NCBI GenBank assembly: GCA_963769935.1
Contig: CAVYNY010000012.1
Location: 1 to 64,000 of the forward strand
Reading direction: 5' to 3'
DNA: 64,000 bases
DNA from: an uncultured delta proteobacterium
GTDB taxonomy: Bacteria; Desulfobacterota; Desulfobacteria; Desulfobacterales; JAFDCJ01
Positions 54,515 through 64,000 of this stretch are shown piece by piece. The number at the start of each line of letters is the position of its first letter. Positions within the stretch are counted from its first letter, which is position 1. The notes beneath the pieces were generated by a model, which did no database searches, was not told the origin of the DNA, and saw nothing but the letters and a program-made list of their open reading frames with translations. The translations under genes and the position numbers were made by a program.

Positions 54515-55078
54515 CTACTCCAACATATCCGGCCGGAAACCCTTGCGAAAGCGGGAGACCGTCTCTCCGGCGATCATGAACAGCCCTTCCCCGCGATAGT
54601 GGATGGTCTTCGGATACTTGGGCGCCACGGCCACATGCGCCTTTACGACCTCGAGCACGAAGAGGTTGTAGTTGGCGATCAGGCTGGTGTCGATCACCCG
54701 GCATTCGAAATTGGCATAGCATTCCTTGATCAGCGGCGCCTTGACCTCGCTTCCCCGCTCCGGCGTCAGCTTGAACTTCCCGAACTTGTCCACCTCCCGA
54801 CCCGAGCAGTTGCCAATGCCCACCACTGCAGGTGCAATATCAACCTCCGGGAGGTTGATCACACACTCCTTGCTTCCCCGGATCAGGCTTTGGCTGTGGT
54901 TTTCATCCCAGATATAGCAGCCGATCAGCGACGGTTCAAAGCCCATGACCATATGCCAGCCCATGGTCATGATGTTCTTCTCACCCTTCCAGGCCGAGCT
55001 GACCAGTACGATCGGTCCCGGCTCCATAAACCGGCGGATGTTGGAGACTGGAAAGTCTTTTTTGCGGTACGTTTTCAT
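54515..55078 (-). CDS. Flavin reductase family protein
   Basis: EPGPIVLVSS, NIMTMGW, ECVINLP, GNCSG, APLIKECYANFEC. Confidence 0.9.
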   Translation of the reverse strand: MKTYRKKDFPVSNIRRFMEPGPIVLVSSAWKGEKNIMTMGWHMVMGFEPSLIGCYIWDENHSQSLIRGSKECVINLPEVDIAPAVVGIGNCSGREVDKFGKFKLTPERGSEVKAPLIKECYANFECRVIDTSLIANYNLFVLEVVKAHVAVAPKYPKTIHYRGEGLFMIAGETVSRFRKGFRPDMLE

Positions 55079-55675
55079 GCGGCACCTCCCGTCAAACTTA
55101 ATTCGTTTTGGGGAAATACAGGGGGCGTTGGTGACTGAGTTGACCTACTGGCTTCGCCGTGCTCACCATTGAAATCTTCGCCATTTTGCCTAAAATCCCT
55201 GCAGCTATCCGACACTGCGTATTTACTGAATCTCAGGAATCAGGCCTAAAAGACCCGTGACGCCGGCAGCAATTGCATCCTGTCCCCGAATGGTATCGAC
55301 ACAGTTTATTGATGGGTGACAATAGAGAGGTTCGGCTGTCCGGCCTAAATCTCAACAGCTGCCCAACTTATGTTTTTATCAGGCAGCGGCCTATTCTGGT
55401 TGTAGTTTACATGTGGTGGGGAGAAAATATCCGTTTGATTCCTGAATCTTGCACGCAAACCGTATCTACAGCGTTCGAAGCCAGGTTGTCAGAAATGACC
55501 TCGAGCGATGTTTGGTTTTAAAAATTCTGGTATTGGTGATTTTTTAAAGGATTTTGCTCGGATTCTATTAACTGCTAAATGGACGTATCCAAAAAACTTG
55601 ACATCTATGGCGGAAATATCTATAAAGATAGATTCCATAATCGTATGATTGACAATTCAAATTTGGAGTGTGTTT

Positions 55676-56056
55676 ATGAAAGTTGCTTTTCCTTCTCAGG
55701 AAGATCGGGGCCTGGACAGCATTGTGCATGGACATTTCGGTTCGGCCGAATATTTTGTGATTGTGGAAACTGATGACGGGTCATTTAATACCTTTCAGAA
55801 TCCGGAACGCGATCATTTGCACGGTCAATGTCAACCACTCAATGCGCTCGGCGGAAATCGGGTTGATGCGGTGGTTGCCGGCGGAATCGGCGGAGGAGCG
55901 CTGCACAAACTGCTGGCCGCCGGAGTAAAGGCCTATCGGGCTGTGGACGGCAGCGTAAAAGACAATCTGGCATTGATTCAATCGGCGAAACTGCCCGAAT
56001 TCACCATGAATCAAACCTGCGGCGGCCATGGCGGCCATGGTGGTTGTGCCCATTGA
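55676..56056 (+). CDS. NifB/NifX family Fe-Mo cofactor-binding protein
   Basis: MKVAFP, HGHFGSAEYF, VVAGGIGGGA, His/Gly/Cys tail. Confidence 0.88.
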   Translation: MKVAFPSQEDRGLDSIVHGHFGSAEYFVIVETDDGSFNTFQNPERDHLHGQCQPLNALGGNRVDAVVAGGIGGGALHKLLAAGVKAYRAVDGSVKDNLALIQSAKLPEFTMNQTCGGHGGHGGCAH

Positions 56057-56106
56057 AACCCGCCGCTGCCTGCAATGACGATATTTTATGTTAAAGGAGT
56101 TTTAAC

Positions 56107-56364
56107 ATGCCTCTATACGATTATCTATGTCTGGACTGTGCCGAAATCAGCGAATTGCTGGTGACCGGTTCGGATGAAAAACCTGTCTGCTGCGCATGTG
56201 GCAGCCGCAATCTTAAAAAGATGCTGTCAGCCCACTCTTCATTTTCGGGCACTCATGCCGGAAGCCTTCCCGGGCCGGGTGACACCTCATGCTGCGGATC
56301 CAGGCCGGCTCAAGCTGGGTGTGCCGGACCGGGCAGTTGCTGCGGCAGGGGACCGCATCACTAA
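56107..56364 (+). CDS. FmdB-family zinc ribbon protein
   Basis: MPLYDYLCLDC...CCACGS. Confidence 0.88.
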   Translation: MPLYDYLCLDCAEISELLVTGSDEKPVCCACGSRNLKKMLSAHSSFSGTHAGSLPGPGDTSCCGSRPAQAGCAGPGSCCGRGPHH

Positions 56365-56613
56365 TATCATACCAACAGGGTCGAAGAACGCATAGGCATG
56401 ATGGGGACATCCGCTGCATATTTACAATGAAGCGGCTCTCCAATATATTGAACCCGACCCGGCTTTATTGATTTACCTGTCTTTTAAAGCGTGATCAGAC
56501 AGCTGCTTCAAATCCTCAATTGCAGCCGCACTCTCGACGGCGCGACGCACTGTTGTCGGGCTGGTCTTTAAAGTTTTTCCAACCTTTCGCCATCTTTTTT
56601 GCAACCTTGAGGT

Positions 56614-57511
56614 TTACTTCCGGGTGGCTAACACAATCCCCAGGGCGATCAGCCCGATGCCCGTGCCGTGATACCAACGCAGGGATTCTCCCAGAAATGC
56701 AATAGCCATAATACTGCCGAATACCGGCATCAGGTGCAGGAACAATCCGGCCCGGTTGGCACCAACCAGTTCCACACCGCGGTTAAAGCAGATATATGCT
56801 ATAATCGATGGAAAAATGGCTACATAGCAGACCGCCCCCACGGTTGTCGCATCCCAGTGCATCGGGCGGACGGCAAAGCTTTCCCACAAATAAAAAGGCA
56901 ACAGCATCGCCGAACCGGTCACAAACGTGATTGCCACTGAGACTTAACGGGTGGATGGCCGGTCTCCGGCGCAGCATTACCGAGTAGGCGGCGTAACAGA
57001 TCACGGCAATAAAAATCAGAAGGTCTCCCCGGTTGATCGACATTGATCCGAGCAAAGACGGGTCGCCTTTAAGGATAATGGACAGGGCACCGGACAAGGA
57101 CAGCGCGATGCCCAGGGCCTGCAGGCGGTATATTTTTTCCTTAAAGCACAGAAAGGACATGGCCACGATCAGCACCGGCATCATCGACTGCATCAGGACC
57201 GCATTGATGACGATCGTCTGCTGCAGACCCATATACACCAGCGTATTAAACACGGCAACGCCGGTTGCCGAAAGCAGCAGCAATATCGGCAGGTTTTTCC
57301 TGGCCTGCTTCCAGTCGTGTTTCAGATGGCGCAGGGCTGGAAAAAAGATCAGCAGCGATGCGCCGCTCCAACGCCAGAACGCCAGTCCGATGGGAGGCAC
57401 GTCCGCTCGCACGGCCCGGCCGACGATAAAGTTGACCGACCATAAAAAGACGGCCAGAATCAGCAGCAGGTAGGGAAAGTCATAGAATTTTGGCAGGCTG
57501 TTTTTGGGCAT
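56614..57511 (-). CDS. DMT/EamA family transporter (frameshift near 56935)
   Basis: WSVNFIVGR, LAFWRW, FNTLVY, GANRAGLFLHLMPVF. Confidence 0.9.
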
Positions 57512-57696
57512 TGCTCGAATCAAATTTCACGCTATGAGGCATGGATTTACGGTCAGCCTCCGGCCAATATTGGCAACTTGCGGTTTTATTTTTTTAAAGA
57601 ATAGCATATAGAATAATCATTATGTATTTTCAACTATTTTTGAAATAGATTGGGCCTGAGGGAACTTGGGAACCTCCATTGGTATGTTGGCCGGTA

Positions 57697-57775
57697 AAGC
57701 CATGTTCGCCTGAGATTTTATTGATCGCGTGCCCCAAATTAGAGCAACTCTTGAAATCGTGAAATCAATGTCCGG
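57697..57775 (+). pseudogene. Short degenerate fragment of the metallophosphoesterase gene
   Basis: GATTTTATTGATCG...CCCCAAATTAGA...CTTGAAATCGTGAAATCAATGT matches 36404-36480. Confidence 0.7.
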
Positions 57776-58128
57776 CAGGCTCGCATTCAGCGTCCGATCC
57801 AATGCTCTATTGTCGGCAACAGGGCAGAATTTGTAAGTGCAAAGTAAAAACAAAATTTGCTCAGGGGGCAGAAAGCTTACCCGGGCAGTTTTGACCCCAA
57901 AATCGTCGGTTTAGAGCTGATAACAAGGCCTTATTTTCCTCTTAATTGAAGATTACCGAATAGTTGGCGTGGCCCGACCCTCATTTGCTCATTTGACAAT
58001 TATTTGATACCGGAATATGACAATAAACAGCATCCACCGGGTTCGAAGCCTCACCGTCAGTATTGACTTGGAGAGGTGTTTGGTTTTAATTTTTAGCGGC
58101 TGAATATAAAGCCAAGGTGCTCATAGCC

Positions 58129-58545
58129 ATGACGAAGAAGCACAAAAACGTAAGGGCCAAAAAGCTTCACCCTGGACAGGATCAATTTTTGATGCGAATA
58201 AAACGGGGTGAACGCTTGTATAAATTCTACTATTTTCGTCCCAGGGCCGGACGTCATTATCATTTTGAATACCGCATCCTGGCCAAGGAAAAGATCAGCG
58301 GCACGCTGGAAATGGTAAGCTATAATTTCAAGATCGAAAATGGTGTTTCAAAGAAAAGTTCGATCACCAGAGTTGCCGAAATTTCAAAGGAACAATTGGA
58401 TCAGATTGTTCAAAATGTCATCCGAACAACAAATACCGATTTCGATGAGTTTGAGGAAGTGGATCTTTCCGAGTACTCGTCCATAGATGAGCAAATCGAG
58501 TTTCTAAAACAACGGGACAGGATCGATACAATGTATATTACATAG
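58129..58545 (+). CDS. Hypothetical protein
   Basis: 138-aa ORF, plausible composition. Confidence 0.6.
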   Translation: MTKKHKNVRAKKLHPGQDQFLMRIKRGERLYKFYYFRPRAGRHYHFEYRILAKEKISGTLEMVSYNFKIENGVSKKSSITRVAEISKEQLDQIVQNVIRTTNTDFDEFEEVDLSEYSSIDEQIEFLKQRDRIDTMYIT

Positions 58546-58812
58546 GTTCTGCAAAAGGGGAACTGGGGCGGCAAGGGCCTCCTGGGGCTGATGCTTGAAA
58601 AGATGAATGCTGCTGAGCACCTCGTGGAAAAGTGGTAGTGATGAGTCCAGTGCTTTAGGCTTTCTGCGCCAATGGCTTTTTGAAAGGCTTTGACAATATT
58701 GCCCACCCGCTATTAGAGTCTTCCCAGGCCCTTATCTTTGAGAACGATAAACCACCTCCCATTATTGCTCAAACGCTCTCGGACAGGTTTGATAAGAACT
58801 TGAGGAAAGATT

Positions 58813-59655
58813 ATGAGGAGAATTCATGTTGATGATATTGTCGCAACACTACGCCAGCTCTGTATCGACGCTAATATTGAGATCAGGCCCGATACGGTTG
58901 AAGCTTATCATCGGGCTATGGAGCAGGAGGAGTCGGAGACCGGCCGCGAGGTGCTCCAGCAGTTGATTCTCAATGCCGCGGTGGCAAAAGAGCAGCGAAT
59001 ACCTTTTTGCCAGGATACCGGTTATGCGGTTTTATTCGTGGAACTTGGACAAAATGTACACATCACCGGTGGGTCATTTGTCGAGGCTTTGAACGAAGGC
59101 GTGCGACAGGGATACCAACAGGGCTTTCTACGCAATTCCATCGTGCGCAATGTTCTCGAGCGTACCAACACCGGAGATAACACACCGGCGGTCGTCAATA
59201 CTGAAATCGTGCCGGGCGATAGACTCAAGATCAGCCTTCTTATCAAGGGGGCCGGTTGTGACAACGTCAGCGCACTGCGGATGTTTACACCGGCCCAAGG
59301 CCTTGCATCGGCCAAAGATTTTATCGTTGAGGTTGCAGACAATGCCGGACCCAACGCGAGCCCCCCTTTTGTCATTGGCGTCGGCATGGGCGGACCCTTT
59401 GCACAAGCAGCACTGCTGGCTCAAAAGGCTCTGCTATGGCCCCTGGGAAAGCCCAACCCGGATAGATCCCTGGCCGCCATCGAAGCGGAACTTTTGGAAC
59501 GTATCAACGACCTTGGAATCGGACCTGCGGGTTTCGGGGGGAGCGTAACCGCTCTGGGCGTGCACATCGAAACATGTGCCACTCATATTGCAAGCTTTCC
59601 GGCAGCAGTGAATGTAGACTGCCATTCTCACAGAGGCAAGGAGGTGGTCTTGTGA
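58813..59655 (+). CDS. Fumarate hydratase / L-tartrate dehydratase alpha subunit
   Basis: PFCQDTG, NTGDNTP, KGAGCDN, GIGPAGFGG, CHSHR. Confidence 0.92.
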   Translation: MRRIHVDDIVATLRQLCIDANIEIRPDTVEAYHRAMEQEESETGREVLQQLILNAAVAKEQRIPFCQDTGYAVLFVELGQNVHITGGSFVEALNEGVRQGYQQGFLRNSIVRNVLERTNTGDNTPAVVNTEIVPGDRLKISLLIKGAGCDNVSALRMFTPAQGLASAKDFIVEVADNAGPNASPPFVIGVGMGGPFAQAALLAQKALLWPLGKPNPDRSLAAIEAELLERINDLGIGPAGFGGSVTALGVHIETCATHIASFPAAVNVDCHSHRGKEVVL

Positions 59656-60224
59656 CTGTTCGGGAAACCATCTACCTTGAGACCCCCCTGACACGCGACG
59701 CGCTTAATGTTCTGCACAGCGGTGATCAGGTCCAAATTTTCGGAGTAATTTACAGCGCTCGTGATGCAGCACATGAGCGGATGTGGAAAGCTATTCAGCA
59801 GGGCAAAGAATTGCCGTTTGACCCGGAAGGGCAGATTATTTTTTATGTGGGTCCTACGCCGCCGCCGCCGGGGCGCATCATCGGCTCGGCAGGCCCCACC
59901 ACTGCGAGCCGAATGGACCCTTTTACGCCGATGCTGATCGAAAGGGGCCTGAAAGGCATGATCGGAAAGGGAAGCCGTTCCGAGAGGGTACGGCAGACGG
60001 CCATGGAGCATGGCTGCGTATATTTTGGTTCGGTTGAGGGAACAGCGGCTTTGCTATCCGGTTGTATTCAACAGGCAGAGGTGGTTGCATTCGAAGATCT
60101 GGGTCCTGAGGCCATCTATCGTTTGACCGTGACCGGCTTTCCGGCCATTGTCGTCAATGATCTGCATGGCAGAGATCTTTACGAAGAGGGGCGCAATCTG
60201 TACCGCCGGCTGCGGACCGGTTAG
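59652..60224 (+). CDS. Fumarate hydratase / L-tartrate dehydratase beta subunit
   Basis: ARDAAH, GSAGPTTASRMD, MIGKG, DLGPEAI; GTGA overlap with alpha. Confidence 0.92.
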   Translation: MTVRETIYLETPLTRDALNVLHSGDQVQIFGVIYSARDAAHERMWKAIQQGKELPFDPEGQIIFYVGPTPPPPGRIIGSAGPTTASRMDPFTPMLIERGLKGMIGKGSRSERVRQTAMEHGCVYFGSVEGTAALLSGCIQQAEVVAFEDLGPEAIYRLTVTGFPAIVVNDLHGRDLYEEGRNLYRRLRTG

Positions 60225-60805
60225 CTCAAAACATAGAACCACAAATTGAAATCCTTCCCAAATGTGGCATAATAAAATCTCTGCTCCCGGGCGCGTGTTG
60301 CCGACGGAAACCGTCTTGTTTTATCTACCAACTGAAATTAAATGAAGTTTTAATACATCAAACAAAACGAATCACCGTTTATAGATTTGTCGCCAATGCC
60401 CAATCGTGAGAACCAAGACGACTATATTTTCATCCTGGATCTCGCACAGGATGCGATAGTCCCCTATCCGATAGCGCCACAAACCAGCATGGTCTCCTTT
60501 TAACGGCTCCCCAAAATGCCGCGCATTCTTACAACCTTCAATCCGGTCGTTCAGCCGGTCGAGAATGCGGTTTTAGACAGGCCGATCAAGTTTTCGCAAC
60601 AGCCGCTCTATCAATCCGAAACCCCGCAACGCATGCCCGCTGGATTGAAATTGTCGCTCGATTATGCTAAGAACAGATTATCTGATAAAAATGGAACGCG
60701 AATCTTCAGCATGCAGCCGGATCGGGCTGGTCATTGCAACTTCATGGGGAAGTGTGATGCTGGGGTCTTTTGCGGACCGAAACCTGATACAAGGAGGAAC
60801 TCTTC

Positions 60806-61165
60806 ATGAAAAATCGTATCCTGATCATACTTTCCTGCGGTACCGACAATCCTAACCGGGCGACCCGCGCCTTGTTTTTCGCCACGGTGGCCAAGAAGAA
60901 AGGCCGGGATGTGGTCGTTTTTCTGCTGGATGAGGCCGTTTATCTCGCCAAGCGGGGAATCATCGAACATTTGCGCGCTGCCACCGGTGACTCGGCCGAC
61001 GACCATCTGGCTTTTCTTCAGGAGTATGACGTACCGCTTTTAGTATGCACCCCGTGTGCCGTCACCCGCCAAATCCAAGAGACCGACCTTGTGAAAGGCG
61101 CCCGCTTCGCTAAAGGCGATGAGCTGATCGACCTGACTGACGACAGCACTGTCTTGAGCTTCTAA
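60806..61165 (+). CDS. DsrE family protein
   Basis: VFLLDEAVYL, VCTPC; AGGAGG RBS. Confidence 0.85.
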   Translation: MKNRILIILSCGTDNPNRATRALFFATVAKKKGRDVVVFLLDEAVYLAKRGIIEHLRAATGDSADDHLAFLQEYDVPLLVCTPCAVTRQIQETDLVKGARFAKGDELIDLTDDSTVLSF

Positions 61166-61462
61166 TATGGACCGGCACCTTTGATCCAAGGTGCCTCACC
61201 CTGCAGAAAGGAGAATTAGGGGACGGGTGCTTTATGCCTGAATGCCTGACGCCACTGGACTCCTGTTCAGCAGCAGCATGGGACTGTCGGCAGCAATTCC
61301 AGACAGTAAAATCATTCCCATGCAGGCCGGCAGGCAAAAATGCCTCCCTTTATGATCATGTTGCAGGATACCCCGATAGCAGTTGTTTTTAATCGGGATT
61401 CGATCTTGCCAATTGGAAGATAGTTTTTTATTAAGGCGTAGTCAACGGTAACGGGAGCTGTT

Positions 61463-62929
61463 ATGGAAGTTAGGGTCGGCATCCACGATCAGTATCAAAT
61501 GGAATTGAAGTTTAATTACCCCCTCCCTGCCGACCGCCGCCGGACTTTGTACGAGGTAAACCTGTATTTTTTCGCGCCTCGCAGCTTAGGGGTGCATCCC
61601 CAGACATATAGCAAACAACAGTTTTATACCGACTTACAGTCTTACATACGCATAAGGACACCTTCGGTGCCGTTGAACCGCTTTAAAGGAAGTGCAGCGG
61701 GCCCATTGGCACAGCTTCGCGCCGCTCTGGAGCAAAAGGCCCAGCAACCCTCGAAGCATCCTCTACCGGAGTATGAAGAGCAAATCAAGCTGTTCTGCTG
61801 CATCCTCAAGAGTGCGGTACGCGACTTCGTGGCCTTTATCCATAAGACCGTTGATGCCCAAGACAGGGATCGACTTATTAGCGAATATCTGGCTACGGTT
61901 CAGGACGTAACAGCAGGATACCGTGAACTCCAACCTATTATCCAGATCCCAAATGTTGACCAACGTGCTTTTGAAATCTACCTTTTTGGTGACGAGTACA
62001 ACAGCCTGCTTGTGGAAGATTACACCTACCACTTGTTGGATGCTCTCTCAGCCAGCAATTCGAAGCCGAGCCCGGAGAACCAAAAAAAGCTGCTGGCGCT
62101 GATTGAGGCAGAAGTCCGCTATCGCCGGAGAAGACGCTATGCTTCGGTACCGGAAGAACAGAAGGACAACGAAACACTCGTGTTTCGCAGGAGCGCATTG
62201 AAAAAATATGTAGCCAGTATTCTTTTTCTTGATACAGAGGTGAAAACAGAGTGGCTTCTTCTGCAGCAAGTCTTTTTGGGTTTGGCCGCCGCCGCAGCGA
62301 TGGCGTTTGCCACTGCCGCCGCCTTCATCTCTCAAACTATCTATGGCAGCTTGACCTTGCCGGTTTTTGTGACTTTTGTCGTCAGCTATATCTTTAAAGA
62401 CCGGATCAAGGACCTTCTGAGATATCACTTGTCCCGCAAAATGACACGCTTTTTATTTGATCATAAAACTCGCGTGCGCGACGTTGCCGGCAAAATCGTC
62501 GGGGTTTGCAGGGAGAGCTTCGGGTTTTCCAAGAACAGCAACCTCCCGGCCGAGGTGCAGGAGTTGCGAAATCGTGATCACATCACGGAAATTGAGAATG
62601 GATGGATCGGCGAGGACATTATGCTTTACCGGAAGCGCATTCGACTGCATCCCGAAAGCGTCCGCCGCATTTTCTCGGATTATGAGGTGGCCGGTGTCAA
62701 CGACATCATGCGTTTCAATGTGGAGGAATTTCTGCGGAGGATGGATGACCCCAGGAAGGAGCTGTTCGTCATGGACGACGAGGGATATCATCGGATCAAA
62801 GGCGCAAGGGTCTATCACCTCAACTTGATCGTCCGGATGACGCACGCCGGACGGAGTTTGGAAATGCGGTACCGGGTAGTATTGAATCGGGAGGGCATCA
62901 AGCGGATCGAGTATGTTCAACCCCGGTAA
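61463..62929 (+). CDS. Conserved-looking hypothetical protein with two central TM segments
   Basis: 488-aa ORF; LAAAAAMAFAT...VVSYIFKDRIK. Confidence 0.75.
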   Translation: MEVRVGIHDQYQMELKFNYPLPADRRRTLYEVNLYFFAPRSLGVHPQTYSKQQFYTDLQSYIRIRTPSVPLNRFKGSAAGPLAQLRAALEQKAQQPSKHPLPEYEEQIKLFCCILKSAVRDFVAFIHKTVDAQDRDRLISEYLATVQDVTAGYRELQPIIQIPNVDQRAFEIYLFGDEYNSLLVEDYTYHLLDALSASNSKPSPENQKKLLALIEAEVRYRRRRRYASVPEEQKDNETLVFRRSALKKYVASILFLDTEVKTEWLLLQQVFLGLAAAAAMAFATAAAFISQTIYGSLTLPVFVTFVVSYIFKDRIKDLLRYHLSRKMTRFLFDHKTRVRDVAGKIVGVCRESFGFSKNSNLPAEVQELRNRDHITEIENGWIGEDIMLYRKRIRLHPESVRRIFSDYEVAGVNDIMRFNVEEFLRRMDDPRKELFVMDDEGYHRIKGARVYHLNLIVRMTHAGRSLEMRYRVVLNREGIKRIEYVQPR

Positions 62930-63035
62930 GCATAAACCTCGTAAACCCGTCTTAACTACCCAATCCCCATATATCGATGAATTTTTAGCTTGGTTTTGTT
63001 GTGAAAACAGGTCTCAATTGTAATCATTTCCGAAA

Positions 63036-63347
63036 TCAATCAAGGATCTCGCTGATTTGCCGAACCGGTGAGATGTCGGTAAAGTTGGCAATATCCCCCC
63101 GCAATATCGGTCCTGCCTCCGCGATTCCCCGGTCGTATCCATCCCGGGAGTCAAAATAGAGATTTCCGATGCAGATATAGGGTGCCGGCTGATCGCCGCC
63201 GCCGGAAATACCCTTCTCTACATCTGTTTTGATAAGACCGAAAGGCTGCAGGTGCTTTTTTACCAGGTCCAGATGTTTTGTCTGATAATAGTTGATATCG
63301 AAGCGCGCCGCTTTCTGATTCGGATACATAACACTGACTTTATACAT
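63036..63347 (-). CDS. EthD family reductase
   Basis: VSVMYP...FDINYYQTKHL...DIANFTDISPVRQISEI. Confidence 0.9.
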   Translation of the reverse strand: MYKVSVMYPNQKAARFDINYYQTKHLDLVKKHLQPFGLIKTDVEKGISGGGDQPAPYICIGNLYFDSRDGYDRGIAEAGPILRGDIANFTDISPVRQISEILD

Positions 63348-63382
63348 GACAATGTCTCCTTAGATAACGCCTTTCTCAAATT

Positions 63383-64000
63383 TCAAATTGCCTGATCCAA
63401 AGCCGTCAACACATTTTCAACCGAACGAGGTATGCGGCCAAAGCCGGCAATGTCGTCTGCGATCCGCTGTATATGCTCACTGAAAGCCTGCTCGTTGTCA
63501 TTGCGGATGTAAGGCCGCGCGGCGGACGGCGCTACTGCAACCACTTCACGCACGGCTTCATAAAGCGGCAGCGTCGCCGGCGACAAACCTTGACGGGCAT
63601 CATAGTGTCCGGCAACCCGCTGAGTGCGCAGATCAGCGGCCTGCACCCCGAACATGAGGACCACCGCCATATACTGGTAAAACGCTTCGATGGACTGCCG
63701 CGCCAGACGGGCGGAGCCGAGCCCCAGGCTGTTGATGTTCTGATTGAATTGTTCGGCATGGGTGGGAAAGCGGTCAACCAGCGAATTGCCGAAAAAAGAT
63801 AAAAGGGGCATGATCGAGTTGCCGTTGATTTGCAGCCCCTTCAGCCCCATGTTGACCTTGCGCTCCTGGTTGCCGACCAGCGAAGCCGGCAGACCGTTGT
63901 TGAAGGCCGGCGATACCAGCTGGGCGATTTGAACGTCGAGATGTTTGGCCAAAAGCCCCAGATAATAGCGCAGCTGATCCATGCCCACCCCCACATACTG
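63383..64000 (-). CDS. Aromatic amino acid ammonia-lyase, PAL-like (C-terminal part; runs off window)
   Basis: GLLAKHLDVQIA, NGLPASL, NMGLKGLQI, THAEQFNQNINSLG. Confidence 0.88.
   Translation of the reverse strand, partial: QYVGVGMDQLRYYLGLLAKHLDVQIAQLVSPAFNNGLPASLVGNQERKVNMGLKGLQINGNSIMPLLSFFGNSLVDRFPTHAEQFNQNINSLGLGSARLARQSIEAFYQYMAVVLMFGVQAADLRTQRVAGHYDARQGLSPATLPLYEAVREVVAVAPSAARPYIRNDNEQAFSEHIQRIADDIAGFGRIPRSVENVLTALDQAI

Larger units (their letters stand above)
23729..55170 (+). repeat. Dispersed GGGGAC/GGGGTC-headed short element families (HUH-transposon-end-like); span given, not contiguous
   Basis: A (GGGGACGTnGTTGnCTGAGTTGAC): 25713, 28562, 42559, 42807, 45563, 47678, 47731, 48580, 55121. 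B (GGACGTCCGTTCTATTTCTC): 24104, 40222, 45526, 48109. C (GGGACATCCxTAAAAT): 24144, 25771, 43791. D (GGGACAGGTAAATT): 23729, 46530, 47845, 48911, 53429, 54463. E (GGGTCAAAGCTTGAA): 25279, 27231, 30635. F (GGGTCGxACCA): 43902, 49631. Confidence 0.75.

Noticed and set aside
23729..55170. Dispersed repeats as a CRISPR array
   Set aside because: Spacing is irregular and kilobase-scale, the repeats are degenerate and no cas genes are present.
55676..56056. NifX-family gene as evidence of nitrogen fixation
   Set aside because: The family is widespread in anaerobes and no nif structural genes are present.
57891..57925. TTGACCCCAAAATCGTCGG as another WYL box
   Set aside because: Wrong spacing and no palindromic GTCAA half-site.
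58034..58060. GGGTTCGAAGCC resembling a tRNA T-arm
   Set aside because: No cloverleaf, acceptor stem or CCA end can be formed.

Overview
Bacterial accessory or plasticity region of moderate GC. Gene style suggests a Desulfobacterales-like deltaproteobacterium (inference). Many single-base, mostly homopolymer frameshifts suggest a long-read assembly. No rRNA, tRNA or CRISPR array was seen. Layout: (1) 1-3.2 kb, same-strand VOC/RibD-type small genes separated by degenerate attC-like spacers. (2) 3.7-14.7 kb, a decaying defence-type island containing an unusual UvrD helicase / HsdR-N nuclease / LexA-type S24 peptidase fusion. (3) 14.8-23.6 kb, a GntR-TRAP-phosphotriesterase-SDR-aminotransferase-amidohydrolase catabolic cluster. 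(4) 23.7-58.7 kb, a mosaic of toxin-antitoxin, Fic and AAA-DUF4143 genes, isolated metabolic genes and short gene fragments. It is punctuated by more than 20 co-oriented GGGGAC/GGGGTC-headed elements that look like ends of HUH (RAYT-like) transposons, and contains two RAYT remnants with the same 150-bp insertion. (5) Within that mosaic, at 32.2-39.9 kb, a WYL-regulator locus in which three promoters share TTGACCG(G/C)AT(C/G)TGTCAA-N10-TATT(C/A)T, a PafBC-like architecture, upstream of a serine protease, a UDG-like/metallophosphoesterase pair and a double-AAA ATPase. (6) 58.8-64 kb, fumarate/tartrate hydratase subunits, DsrE, EthD and a cyanobacterial-type phenylalanine ammonia-lyase. Best candidates for undescribed systems: the WYL regulon, the helicase-nuclease-LexA fusion and the polar HUH-end gene-capture mosaic.
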